33,337 nucleotides of DNA from Macrostomum lignano (taxonomy: Eukaryota): positions 1-33,337 of the forward strand of contig NIVC01001683.1 in NCBI GenBank assembly GCA_002269645.1, read 5' to 3'. Positions 22,843 to 33,337 of the stretch are shown here, piece by piece. The position numbers and the translations under genes are program-made. A model generated the notes under the pieces. That model was not told the origin of the DNA, searched no databases, and was given only the letters and a program-made list of their open reading frames with translations. Numbering within the stretch: position 1 is the stretch's first letter; each line of letters begins with the position of its first letter.

Positions 22843-23357
22843 CTGGCCCGGCCACCTGACGCCATCATCGGGTGCGGCTGCTGCGAAGGTTGCTGCGACG
22901 CCTGCGGTGGTGGCGGCTCCTCCGTCTGGACGGCCCGCTCCATCGCAAGGGGCTGCTCGGCGCCAGTCACCGAATCCGTCGAATCAGAATTGTCGTCGAC
23001 ATCATCGTCGTCGTCGTCAGTCGACGCCGCGAACGAGCAGGCGGCTCGATGCTGCTCAAGGCCGTCCAGCCGGCCGGTGTGCTGGCAGCCGCGGGCGAAG
23101 TTCGGACAGCGGACCGGCAGGCCGCCGATGAGGCCGCGGAGGCAGAGGATCGGCCGGGCGTCGCCGGGCAGCACGAGAGAGCGGCAGTGCGGGCAGGAGG
23201 CGCTGCCAGTCAGCCAGGCGCTGAGGCAGGCCCGGCAGAAGGCGTGGCCGCAGGGTGTCAGCACTGGACAGTCGAGCACGGCGGCGCAGATGCTGCACAG
23301 CAGGTTGTCGTCCAAATCGGTGAGAAACAGCGACTGCTCAAATTCGGTAGAGTCCAT
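22843..23357 (-). CDS. RING-HC (C3HC4) + TRAF/SIAH-type zinc finger E3 ligase, RNF151/PDZRN3-like, N-terminal part
   Basis: ATG 23357; CSIC...PCGHAFCRAC...CPHC RING, then VRCPNFARGC...LEQHRAAC zinc finger. This frame stops at 22806-22808, so a frameshift or intron is needed to reach the C-terminal part. Confidence 0.88.
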
Positions 23358-23499
23358 GATTCTTGTTCCGACAAAGTTTTTGTCCGATAACTTTTGCGGA
23401 GCGCTGATTCTAGAGTGAGCAATCGAGTGGGCGAGTGAGGGATACGAAACGTGACTTTCTTGTCAGAGCGAACAAGAGATACAACATGGCGCACTATTT

Positions 23500-23599
<100 letters not shown>

Positions 23600-25447
23600 C
23601 ACAAGAGTCGGTAGGGGGTGAAGCGGGTAGTGCGAGCGAGTGTGATTGACAAGACAAACTATTGGCTATTGTGGCTGCGTACAGCTGTTTAGAGTCACTG
23701 CAGGCTGGTCTCACTGGGTAGAGAGTGGCGCCAAGACACCCCCAGACCCCGTCTGGTCTGGCCAGAGTGCAGTTGAGGGAAAGGACTTATACGGAGAGAA
23801 AGTGGTTCTCAATTAGAGTTACAAAATTGCTTGTCGCGTCGTAATGCCGTTTCTTTCTCTCGCTGGCTCACTCTTGAAGGATCGCCTGCAGCCTGCAAAC
23901 GCCTTCTCAGCCTCTCTTGAGCCTCATCGGAGTTGCGAAGCGTGTTGCGAGTGCAGGGAAGAGAAATAGAAGTGACGACAAGAGAGAAGACAGGCCTCAT
24001 TAAACTTTCACACCTAACTCCTTGTCACGGGCCCTGGCAAGGGGACTAATTAAGGTTTCTTTATAGGCTTCTTGCTTTACCAAAATATGCCAGTTTTACT
24101 AATTTAATGATTTTTAACAAGGTAGAAATTTCTGGCTTGTTTTATGAATAAAGATAAACAATATTATAGCGTAATGTAGTTTGAAGCTTTGCGCTTTTAG
24201 AGCGATGAAATCAATTAAAGTGACCCATTGATCTGGCTGGCTGGAGTAGCTTAATAAACTGGAGGTTTTTTAAACAGAAAAATCTTAAGGCAGATGTGTT
24301 GTTAAATTTCTCGTTTTTTTTCTCACAGTTCTAATTTTTTGTTATATTTCCTATTTTTATTTTATTTGATAGATTTATATTCTTTATTTTTATATTGTTA
24401 TATTTCTAGTTTTTAACAGAAAAAATGTTTTAAAAAAGTTAATTTTCTAGTCTTTTTTTTCTATTTTTTCTATTGTACTTTGTGAAGCTTCATATTTTGT
24501 TAATTATATCTCTAGTTTTTTTATTTATAGTTAAGTATAAGTGCCTAATTTTTGTATTTGCTCCAAAATTTTTGTTTGAAATCTTCTTCACAGATCACGT
24601 GATTTTATCTATTTTATCCAAAAGTACAAACACCCATTGTTAACGAATCATTCTGCGCTGGAACTTCCGTCTCTTCCGTGTTTGAAAATCAATGGTTGTT
24701 AATAAACAAATTCGTCATTGTTTTTGTCCCGGCCGGATCCGCCGTTGAGATCCCCAGAAATAGAGACATTTTCCCTGCCACGAGTGTACAGCATAGCTGC
24801 CAGGCAGGAACAAAAGCACTGCATTCAGAACGCTGCCAGCGGGTAAGAGAGGCCTGGAGGGGCCTCTCTTGTTGTGACTGTCTGCCTGAGCGCCTCTTTT
24901 GTTTGCTCCACTGCAGTCAGTCAAGTACAGAGTCAGACAGAGAGCTGTCAGCAAGGGCAAATAGCTAATCTGCACTCAGAGGAATTAAGCAATCGGATTA
25001 TTACAAAGGCATTGCTTTCTAAGTAAACGACTCAATGGCTCACTCACCGAAGCAGTTCCGGAGCTGATTGCGACGACGCCAACAAGGACGATTGCTGCAC
25101 GGCCACCAAATAGCAATTATTATTCACTAGCAGAGCCGAAATGCCACTATACTCATAAGCTGAATTCTGCGCCTAATATAGACAGAGCGATGACTCCGCA
25201 TGGCCCAAGCAATGCTGATTGGGTGGCTATAGGAAATTTTATTGCGAGATGGGACAGTCTGGCTGGGGAGGGACAGGGACAGCTCAAGGAGCTTTCTGAC
25301 ATGGACTGCTAAAATTTAGAAGGGCGAAGGACGGTTTTTGTGGAAATGTTCTGGATTAGATAGTTTCACTATAACTCACCTTCTATTCTATAAATTCAAC
25401 TTGCAACCTCGATTGTACATTTTCCAGCGCAAGTCAGCAGATCAGTC

Positions 25448-26143
25448 TTCACAGTCCCCAAGATTCACAGTCCCCAAGATTCACAGTCCACAAGATTCAC
25501 AGTCCCCAAGATTCACAGTCCCCAAGATTCACAGTCCCCAAGATTCACAATTCCAAGATTCACAATCCACAAGATTCACAATCCCCAAGATTCACAATCC
25601 TCAAGATGAACCGTCCCTAAGACTCACAATCCCCAAGATTCACAATCCTCAAAATTCACAATCCCCAAGATTCGCAATCCCCAATCTTCACAATCCCCAA
25701 GATTCTCAATCCCCAAGATTCAAAATCCCCAAGACATACATACCCCAAGATTCTCAATTCCCAAGATTCTCAATTCCCAAGATTCTCAATCCCCAAGATT
25801 CACAATCCCCAAGATTCTCAATTCCCAAGATTCTCAATCCCCAAGATTCTCAATCCCCAAGACATACAATCCCCAAGATTCTCAATTCCCAAGATTCACA
25901 ATCCCCAAGATTCACAATCCCCAAGATTCTCAATCCTCAAGATTCTCAATCCCCAAGATTCAAAATCCCCAGGACATACAATCCCCAAGATTCTCAATTC
26001 CCAAGATTCTCAATCCCCAAGATTCTCAATCCTCAAGATTCTCAATCCCCAAGATTCAAAATCCCCAAGACATACAATCCCAAGATTCTCAATTCCCAAG
26101 ATTCTCAATTCCCAAGATTCAAAATCCCCAAGACATACAATCC
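25448..26143. repeat. 16-bp satellite, left arm (AATCCCCAAGATTCAC/TCTC variants)
   Basis: CCCAAGAT core with period about 16, and a 16-aa periodicity in the overlapping ORFs. Confidence 0.95.
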
Positions 26144-26845
26144 CAACAACAAAACAACAACAACAAAATACGCGGCCCGCAAGCAAAGTCAGTTAGAGCA
26201 GGGCGCGTCAGATAGCGCGCCGCAGAGCCTGGGAGCGAACGAAATCCGCTCCGTTGGCAGTGTCGGGCGCCCCAGCGTCGCACAGCAGGCAGTCCACGTA
26301 TCGACGGGTTCGGGCCTGACCCCGCCTGAACGGGCTCTGCAAGGTGAGCAGCAGGACGTCCTGAACAGGTTGGGGGCAGTAGCCCTCGGCCCGGATCACG
26401 TGGCCCGCCAGTTGGAGTCGCCGTCGGCGCAGGATGGTGGACGGGCGCTGCAGCTTGGCCCGATCGTACAGGGCCTCGGTCCCGACGCTCTCGTCAGCTC
26501 GAAAGGCCGCACGGAGCAGCCCTGAGTGCGCCGAGTCCAGCTGCCGCTCCAGCGTAGCCGTCAGCATCCACGTCTCGGCGTTGTAGAGCAGGACGGTTTC
26601 GACCACCGCCTGCCACAGCCGAGCCCTCTGGCGGTCGGGCAGCGCTTCGGACTGGAGGACGGCTCGGATCGAACGAAAGGCCGCCCAGGCAAGTCCTCTG
26701 CGCCGCCGGAGGTCTTCTTCCACGTGGGGCACCAGACCGCCGAGGTAGGTGAACCGCTGGCAGCGTGCGAGCCTGGTCGTTTGCCCGTCTGCGCCGCGGC
26801 ATGTCAGGTCTGCTGGGATGTCGGCCGGCACAGTCAGCACCTCGG
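26144..26845 (-). mobile_element. 5'-truncated RTE-clade non-LTR retrotransposon (end of RT and C-terminal region) with (TTG)n tail
   Basis: Minus ORF TEVL...FTYLG...AWAAF...VETVLLYNAETW...RRRRLQLAGHVIR, motifs typical of RTE LINE ORF C-termini. Stop at 26208, then a short 3' UTR and a TTGTTG tail ending about 26144. Confidence 0.9.
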
Positions 26846-28292
26846 TTCACAATCCCCAAGATTCTCAATTCCCAAGATTCTCAATCTCCAAGATTCAAAA
26901 TCTCCAAGACATACAATCCCCAAGATTCTCAATACCCAAGATTCTCAATTCCCAAGATTCTCAATTCCCAAGATTCTCAGTTCCCAAGATTCTCAATTCT
27001 CAAGATTCTCAATCCCCAAGATTCAAAATCCCCAAGACATACAATCCCCAAGATTCTCAATTCCCAAGATTCTCAATCCCCAAGACATACAATCCCCAAG
27101 ATTCACAATCCCCAAGATTCTCAATTCCCAAGATTCTCAATTCCCAAGATTCTCAATCCCCAAGACATACAATCCCCAAGATTCTCAATCCCCAAGATTC
27201 AAAATCCCCAAGACATACAATCCCCAAGATTCTCAATTCCCAAGATTCTCAATCCCCAAGACATACAATCCCCAAGATTCACAATCCCCAAGATTCTCAA
27301 TTCCCAAGATTCTCAATTCCCAAGATTCTCAATCCCCAAGACATACAATCCCCAAGATTCACAATCCCCAAGACATACAATCCCCAAGATTCTCAATCCT
27401 CAAGATTCTCAATCCCCAAGATTCAAAATCCCCAGGACATACAATCCCCAAGATTCTCAATTCCCAAGATTCTCAATCCCCAAGATTCTCAATCCCCAAG
27501 ATTCAAAATCCCCAAGACATACAATCCCCAAGATTCTCAATTCCCAAGATTCTCAATTCCCAAGATTCTCAATTCCCAAGATTCTCAATCCCCAAGATTA
27601 GCAATCCCCAAGATTAACAATCCCCAAGATTCACAATCCCCAAGATTCACAATCCCCAAGATTCACTAATCCCCAAGACTCACTAATCCCCAATATTCTC
27701 AATCCCCAATATTCTCAATCCCCAAGATTAGAAATCCCCAAGATTAGAAATCCCCAAGATTAACAATCCCCAAGATTCACAATCCCCAAGATTCACTAAT
27801 CCCCAAGATTCACTAATCCCCAAGATTCTCAATCCCCAAGAAATTCAATCCCCAATATTCTCAATCCCCAAGATTCACTAATCCCCAATATTCTCAATCC
27901 CCAATATTCTCAATCCCCAAGATTCACAATCCCCAAGACATTCAATCCCCAAGATTCACAATCCCCAAGATTCACAATCCCCAAGATTAAAAATCCCCAA
28001 GATTAAAAATCCCCAAGATTAAAAATCCCCAATATTCTCAATCCCCAATATTCTCAATCCCCAAGATTAGAAATCCCCAAGATTCACTAATCCCCAAGAT
28101 TCACTAATCCCCAATATTCTCAATCCCAAGATTCAAAATCCCCAAGATTCACAATCCCTAAGATTCACAATCCCCAAGATTCACAATCCCCAAGATTCAC
28201 AATCCCCAAGACATTCAATCCCCAATATTCTCAATCCCCAAGATTCACAATCCCCAAGATTCACAATCCCCAAGATTCTCAATCCCCAAGAC
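26846..28292. repeat. 16-bp satellite, right arm
   Basis: Same unit family as the left arm. AAGAT recurs at 27724, 27740, 27756. Confidence 0.96.
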
Positions 28293-28750
28293 TCTTAACT
28301 CACGAGCCCAAATTCTAAAACTGTCATGGCATCGTATCTGAGTCAATGTTGACTCTCCCAAAAACTCACGAATCGAACTGCAGCACTCTCATCAGCTGCA
28401 GCCGACTCACCAAACCCAGGAACCTATGTCTGCCAGTCGCGCCCACAGGCCATCGCGCAGTGTCGTGGGTGAGTCACTAATTTTAGTGCCTAAGAACGGG
28501 ATTTTCAGTGGCGGCATTTTTGGCGGCATCAATTAATAATTAAGAAGCTGGTCAAGACTGCACGGCCTCTTTGCGGTCATAAATGCATGCGTGAGCAGAG
28601 CCGGCGAAGCAAAGATCGCCATCGCATTCTGCTGAATTGCATCAGGGCGTGACCTGATTCGTTGGCTGTCTGACTCAGCAGGCATGTAAATTACAACTCG
28701 CTTGAAGGATAAAAAGGTATAGAACTTACAAACAATCAAGTGATTCACAT

Positions 28751-29118
28751 ATGAACTTCATCATGAACTCCCTCATGAACTCCCTCATGAACTCCCTCAT
28801 GAAATCCCTCATGAACTCCCTCATGAACTCCCTCATGAACTTTATCATGAACTCCCTCATGAACTCCCTCATGAACTCCCTCATGAACTTTATCATGAAC
28901 TCCCTCATGAACTCCCTCATGAACTCCCTCATGAACTTTATCATGAACTCCCTCATGAACTCATGAACTCCCTCATGAACTTTATCATGAACTCCCTCAT
29001 GAACTCCCTCATGAACTTCCACATGAACTCATGAACTCACTCATGAACTCACTCATGAACTCACTCATGAACTCACTCATGAACTCACTCATGAACTCAC
29101 TCATGAACTCACTCATGA
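28751..29118. repeat. 12-bp minisatellite ATGAACTCCCTC switching to ATGAACTCACTC
   Basis: 12-bp period. An ATGAACTTTATC variant recurs roughly every fourth unit, forming a partial 48-bp higher-order repeat. Confidence 0.95.
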
Positions 29119-29433
29119 GTTGATTGTTCATCCAAACATTTACTCATCTATCCCCTCTGCTTGCCCTAACTTCAGCGAAATTGCAATACCTAACCCAGTG
29201 CACTGCAGCAACATCAAGCATCCTCCAAACACTGATCTCTTTAAACAATTTATTTAAAATTGGTTAAGTTATCAGGGAGATTTAACACCAAAAGTTAACA
29301 GAAACGAAATTTACATGCCTTTTACTTCAGTATACGCTAATGCGCTACTTAGAGTAGCATTTTGTGAAAACATAAATAATATATATTGGATGAATAAAAT
29401 TGTTCTAAGAGCACCAAATTTGCATAGCAACAG

Positions 29434-30105
29434 TCATCTCCGCGTGGCGGACTCCACGCCATACGCCAGGCAAGTTGGCAGCGGAAAAGGTCGTCGAATT
29501 GATCTGACCCTGGCCTCGTTGTCATAGCAACGGGCAGTTTCCGGCTGCTGCTGCGGCTGCTGCTGCGGCTGCATCGGCGCCTGCGGCGGCGGCCTTGGCT
29601 CTCTCAGCAGCGGCACGAAGCAGGTTTTGCAGGCAGTTCTGCAGCGAACGAGCACTCGCAGTTGAGGCGGCTTCTGCCGTTGCTCTGGCGGCTGCAGCTC
29701 GGAGTTGAAACTGCCAGCCGGAGTCGGCGATAGTCGAGACGGCTCGCGCTGCCAGCCGCTGTAGTCGACGTGTCGAAATCGAAGCTCCCGAGCCTTCTGT
29801 CGCAGGTCAAGGCCTCGGTTTTGAAGCCTCTTTAGGGCCTCAATCGGCTGCAGAACATTTTCAGTCTGTTGGCAATGCTGCTTTTGCTGTTGCTGCTGCA
29901 CTTGGAACTGTGCCAGACTGCAGCGGTGTAGAGCACATTCGCGAGTGCGGAGAGGCTGCGGCTGCTGCTGCTGCTGCTGCATCTGGATCGCGGGAACTGA
30001 CGGCGAAGTTCCTGGCCGCGCTCGAGTCTTCTTAGGCCGCTTGTGCAGGAAGTTCTTCGCTTGTTGAGTCGCCAAAGACTCCAAGGAGAAATCGGCTGGG
30101 TCCAT
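29434..30105 (-). CDS. Hypothetical Q/P-rich protein, 223 aa, single exon
   Basis: ATG-initiated, 672-nt GC-rich ORF with CAG-encoded polyQ tracts in an AT-rich context. No domain recognised. Confidence 0.6.
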   Translation of the reverse strand: MDPADFSLESLATQQAKNFLHKRPKKTRARPGTSPSVPAIQMQQQQQQPQPLRTRECALHRCSLAQFQVQQQQQKQHCQQTENVLQPIEALKRLQNRGLDLRQKARELRFRHVDYSGWQREPSRLSPTPAGSFNSELQPPEQRQKPPQLRVLVRCRTACKTCFVPLLREPRPPPQAPMQPQQQPQQQPETARCYDNEARVRSIRRPFPLPTCLAYGVESATRR

Positions 30106-30544
30106 TTTTGCCCTTGCCCAAGAAGTTGCCCTTGGAGGGGAGTTTTTCTTAGACCGGCTCTCTGCCGCTTGCTCAATAATTTATCCCCAATGAGGAGGGG
30201 AACAGTTTCTTTACTTGCCTTTTTCTCAATATTTTCTCAATTCTAAACTCTCGGGGCTGCTTAAGTTTCAGCATAGGTTTTTTTATAAACGACTCATTGT
30301 GTGCTCAAACAGCCGCCGCGTCCCCCCTCATTTATCGACCAATCGGCCCGGCTCCCGGTGGAATCGCAGCTCTTCTCTCTCTCTCTCTGTGTGTGTGTGT
30401 CTTTAAGTATCTCCGACAGACACTTCAAAAAACGGGTATTCAATTTTGAGTGCTATATTATAGGAGGTGGCCAAGGGATGGCTCATGGACACCTTGACCT
30501 AGAATCTGGAGTAGAAACTCTGCCAAAGTCCTAGATACGCAAGT

Positions 30545-30800
30545 TATAACAGATACACTCACGCTCACTCACTCACTTCCTCACTCACTCACCCATTCAC
30601 TCATGAACTCACTCATGAACTCACTCATGAACTCACTCATGAATTCACTCATGAACTCACTCATGAACTCACTAATGACCTCACTCATGAACTCATGAAC
30701 TCACTCATGAACTCACTCATGAACTCATTCGTTAACTCCTTCATGAACTCATGAACGCACTCACTTACTCACTCACTCACTCATCAACTCATGAACTCAC
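30545..30800. repeat. 12-bp minisatellite ATGAACTCACTC (same family as 28751-29118)
   Basis: Repeated ATGAACTCACTC/CACT units in the same orientation as the first array. Confidence 0.9.
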
Positions 30801-31332
30801 TAGCACTTTGAATTTGATGATGCTTAACTGATTTAAAGGGAGAATTTATTCATATTTAAAATGAGATCAAAGCTGACAAATTTGAATTTCACCAAACTTG
30901 CCTATCTACTTCGTATAAAATAAACGAAGGTGTAGGACCTTAAACTGAGAGTTGTGAAGAAGAGTCAGTTACTCCAGACTCTGGTCTCCTTGGCCTCGCC
31001 TAGTTCCCCTGGACCCAGCTAGCCAGCCAGCCAGTTGAAGGGCTCCTATTTAGACTCAAGTGCCACCAGTCCAGGGACTCATGTGTAAAGAATTGGAAAA
31101 GACTATGCATGGGGACCGCTGCGTTTACTCAGTGTGCTCAATCTCTTTCTATGATGTCATTGTGTGTCTGCTTCATTTCTAAGCTTACTGAGAGAGCAGC
31201 ATCGACTGTAAGCGGATTGAGCACTAACAGAAAGGGAACCATATTTGAACTTCTGGACTTTCAATACGCATATAAATTTTGTAAGGCTTTCACGTGATCT
31301 CTGGAAAATTCCAGAATGTGAAAAACGGTCAA

Positions 31333-31640
31333 CTAGCAATCTACGCCCCCCGTTGGGTAGCAAAACAAAGAATGTAACAAAAAATTTACTAATAAACTAC
31401 ACGTAGCTTCTGACCTCTGCCTTTATATCTCAGCAATTCCCCCGTAAGCCTTGACATCTTAGCAATTCCCCCAGTAATTCTTGACATCTCAGCAATTCCC
31501 CCAGTAATTCTTGACATCTCAGCAATTCCCCCAGTAAGTCTTGACATCTCAGCAATTCCCCCAGTAAGTCTTGACATCTCAGAAATTCCCCGATAGCAAG
31601 TATCCCCCTGATAGCAAGCACCCCCAGCACGATAGTGCAA
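31333..31640 (-). mobile_element. 3' fragment of the same Helitron-like family, with 30-bp satellite
   Basis: On the minus strand: 30-bp CAAG(A/G)(C/A)TTACTGGGGGAATTGCTGAGATGT units, GTCAGAAGCTAC, hairpin GCTACCC-AAC-GGGGGGC and GTAGATTGCTAGTT. The last 24 nt match 20092-20115. Confidence 0.7.
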
Positions 31641-32041
31641 CACTTCCCTCAGCTAGTGCAATAACTCCTTTCTTGTCTAGTGCAATAAGCATTTTCAAAG
31701 AAATGTAATTTTCTTACATTTAATTTGTTGCTTGTGAACGAAGTTTCCGGGTGTCTTCGATGGCTGACGGTGCTCAACCGCTACTGAAGGGCTTGACGGT
31801 CTAATATTTTTGTTTGTTTGTTTGAATGAACATTTTTGTTTTGGCCACCCTGGCGCAGCGCCTTCGGCGCTGAAGCAATTCTGCCCATTCCGCTGACTCC
31901 TGAGCACACAAGCGCGCCAATGCTGTACGCAAACACGCACTCATGCACACGCTCACACAGGGTGTACAGCGGCCCTGACTTTTTAATCGTCAGACATGTA
32001 CGCCCAGGGTTGGCCTCGTTGTTTATGCGCGGAAGTGTTCA

Positions 32042-32104
32042 ACGGTGCTGTACAACGCCGAGTCCTGGACGCTGACCGAGACTCTCGAGAAGCAGCTCGA
32101 CGCT
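32042..32104 (+). pseudogene. Tiny RTE-clade LINE remnant (VLYNAESWTLTETLEKQLDA)
   Basis: The translation aligns with LLYNAETWMLTATLERQLDS of the 26144-26845 element. Confidence 0.7.
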
Positions 32105-32372
32105 CTGTGGATGCGAGACGACCGACGCCCTGACCCGGTTGAAGTCATGAAAAAAACAAATAGAATGGCTTTGGATTCTTAGCTTCCTACTTATAGTAGC
32201 CGAAATAGAAATTTCTCCCTTTAGAATAAGAACCAAATCTAATATACTTTTAAATCTATTTTATGAAATATAATTGTTTTAGAACAAAAAATCTCTTTAA
32301 ATTACTTGTGATAGGTACGCACTTCACGCAAAGAAAAGATTTTGAAGTGTTTAATGACTGAATGGCAAAAAA

Positions 32373-33337
32373 TGAGGTGAGAAGAAAGAGATAAGAAGGG
32401 CATATAAGAATAAGAAGAATAAGAAGAGGGAAAAGAAGTAGAGGTAGATAAGAAGGGGTAGATAAAGAGAGGATAGATAAGGAGAGGGAGATAAGGATAG
32501 GGGGGATAAGGAGAGGTAGAGAAGGAGAGGGGGATAAGGAGAGGTAGAGAAGGAGAGGGAGATAAGGAGAGGTAGAGAAGGAGAGGGGGATAAGGAGAGG
32601 TAGAGAAGGAGAGGGGGATAAGGAGAGCTAGAGAAGGAGAGGGAGATAAGGAGAGGTAGAGAAGGAGAGGGAGATAAGGAGAGGTAGAGAAGGAGAGGGC
32701 AGATAAGGAGAGGTAGAGAAGGAGAGGGAGATAAGGAGAGGTAGAGAAGGAGAGGGAGATAAGGAGAGGTAGAGGAGAGGGAGATAAGGAGAGGTAGAGA
32801 AGGAGAGGGAGATAAGGAGAGGTAGAGGAGAGGGGAGATAAGGAGAGGTAGAGAAGGAGAGGGGAGATAAGGAGAGCTAGAGAAGGAGAGGGAGATAAGG
32901 AGAGGTAGAGAAGGAGAGGGGAGATAAGGAGAGCTAGAGAAGGAGAGGGGAGATAAGGAGAGGTAGAGAAGGAGAGGGAGATAAGGAGAGGTAGAGAAGG
33001 AGAGGGGAGATAAGGAGAGGTAGAGAAGGAGAGGGGAGATAAGGAGAGGTAGAGAAGGAGAGGGAGATAAGGAGAGGTAGAGAAGGAGAGGGAGATAAGG
33101 AGAGGTAGAGAAGGAGAGGGGAGATAAGGAGAGCTAGAGAAGGAGAGGGGAGATAAGGAGAGGTAGAGAAGGAGAGGGAGATAAGGAGAGTAGAGAAGGA
33201 GAGGGAGATAAGGAGAGGTAGAGAAGGAGAGGGGAGATAAGGAGAGCTAGAGAAGGAGAGGGGAGATAAGGAGAGGTAGAGAAGGAGAGGGAGATAAGGA
33301 GAGGTAGAGAAGGAGAGGGAGATAAGGAGAGGTAGAG
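32373..33337. repeat. Polypurine 28-29 bp minisatellite (GGAGAGGTAGAGAAGGAGAGGGAGATAA), running off the window end
   Basis: Regular units from about 32478, preceded by a degenerate GA-rich stretch. Confidence 0.96.

Noticed and set aside
22366-23418. Plus-strand ORFs overlapping the RING gene
   Set aside because: Antisense shadows of GC-rich coding sequence with no recognisable motifs.
24715-24975. Neuropeptide-precursor-like ORF (hydrophobic leader, two KR-G sites)
   Set aside because: Starts at GTG directly after an in-frame TGA, has no ATG, and has no repeated or amidated peptide motif. It would need an unseen upstream exon, so it is unsupported without RNA data.
25338-27669. Long PQDSQSPRF-repeat ORFs
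   Set aside because: Translations of the 16-bp satellite plus the antisense strand of the RTE insertion. All three frames give the same peptide.
28726-29022. MNSL/MREF repeat ORFs
   Set aside because: Translations of the 12-bp minisatellite.

Overview
Eukaryotic (animal) genomic DNA: GC-rich exons in AT-rich, minisatellite-laden introns with GT-AG splicing. This style and the TTAGGG repeats suggest a flatworm such as Macrostomum (inference only). Four protein-coding genes are supported. (1) A 3-exon, 112-aa basic protein built from three R-x-[ST/GT]-helix repeats (5006-6199, +). (2) A 5-exon, 611-aa serine beta-lactamase/PBP-fold hydrolase with signal peptide, SxxK/YxN/HSG motifs, a DUF3471-like C-domain and a GPI-like tail (8261-20911, +). 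(3) A RING-HC + TRAF/SIAH zinc-finger, RNF151-like gene split by a frame change (23357-22201, -). (4) An orphan Q/P-rich single-exon ORF (30105-29434, -). Most of the 9.55-kb fourth intron of the hydrolase gene appears to be two related non-autonomous Helitron-like elements joined head-to-tail (CTAG|TC at 17460/17461). They carry satellite arrays, a hAT-type MITE with an 8-bp TSD and TTAGGG repeats. A 5'-truncated RTE-clade LINE sits inside a 16-bp satellite. At least a dozen unrelated tandem arrays are present, and the long repeat-derived ORFs in the track are artefacts. No CRISPR array or rRNA was seen.
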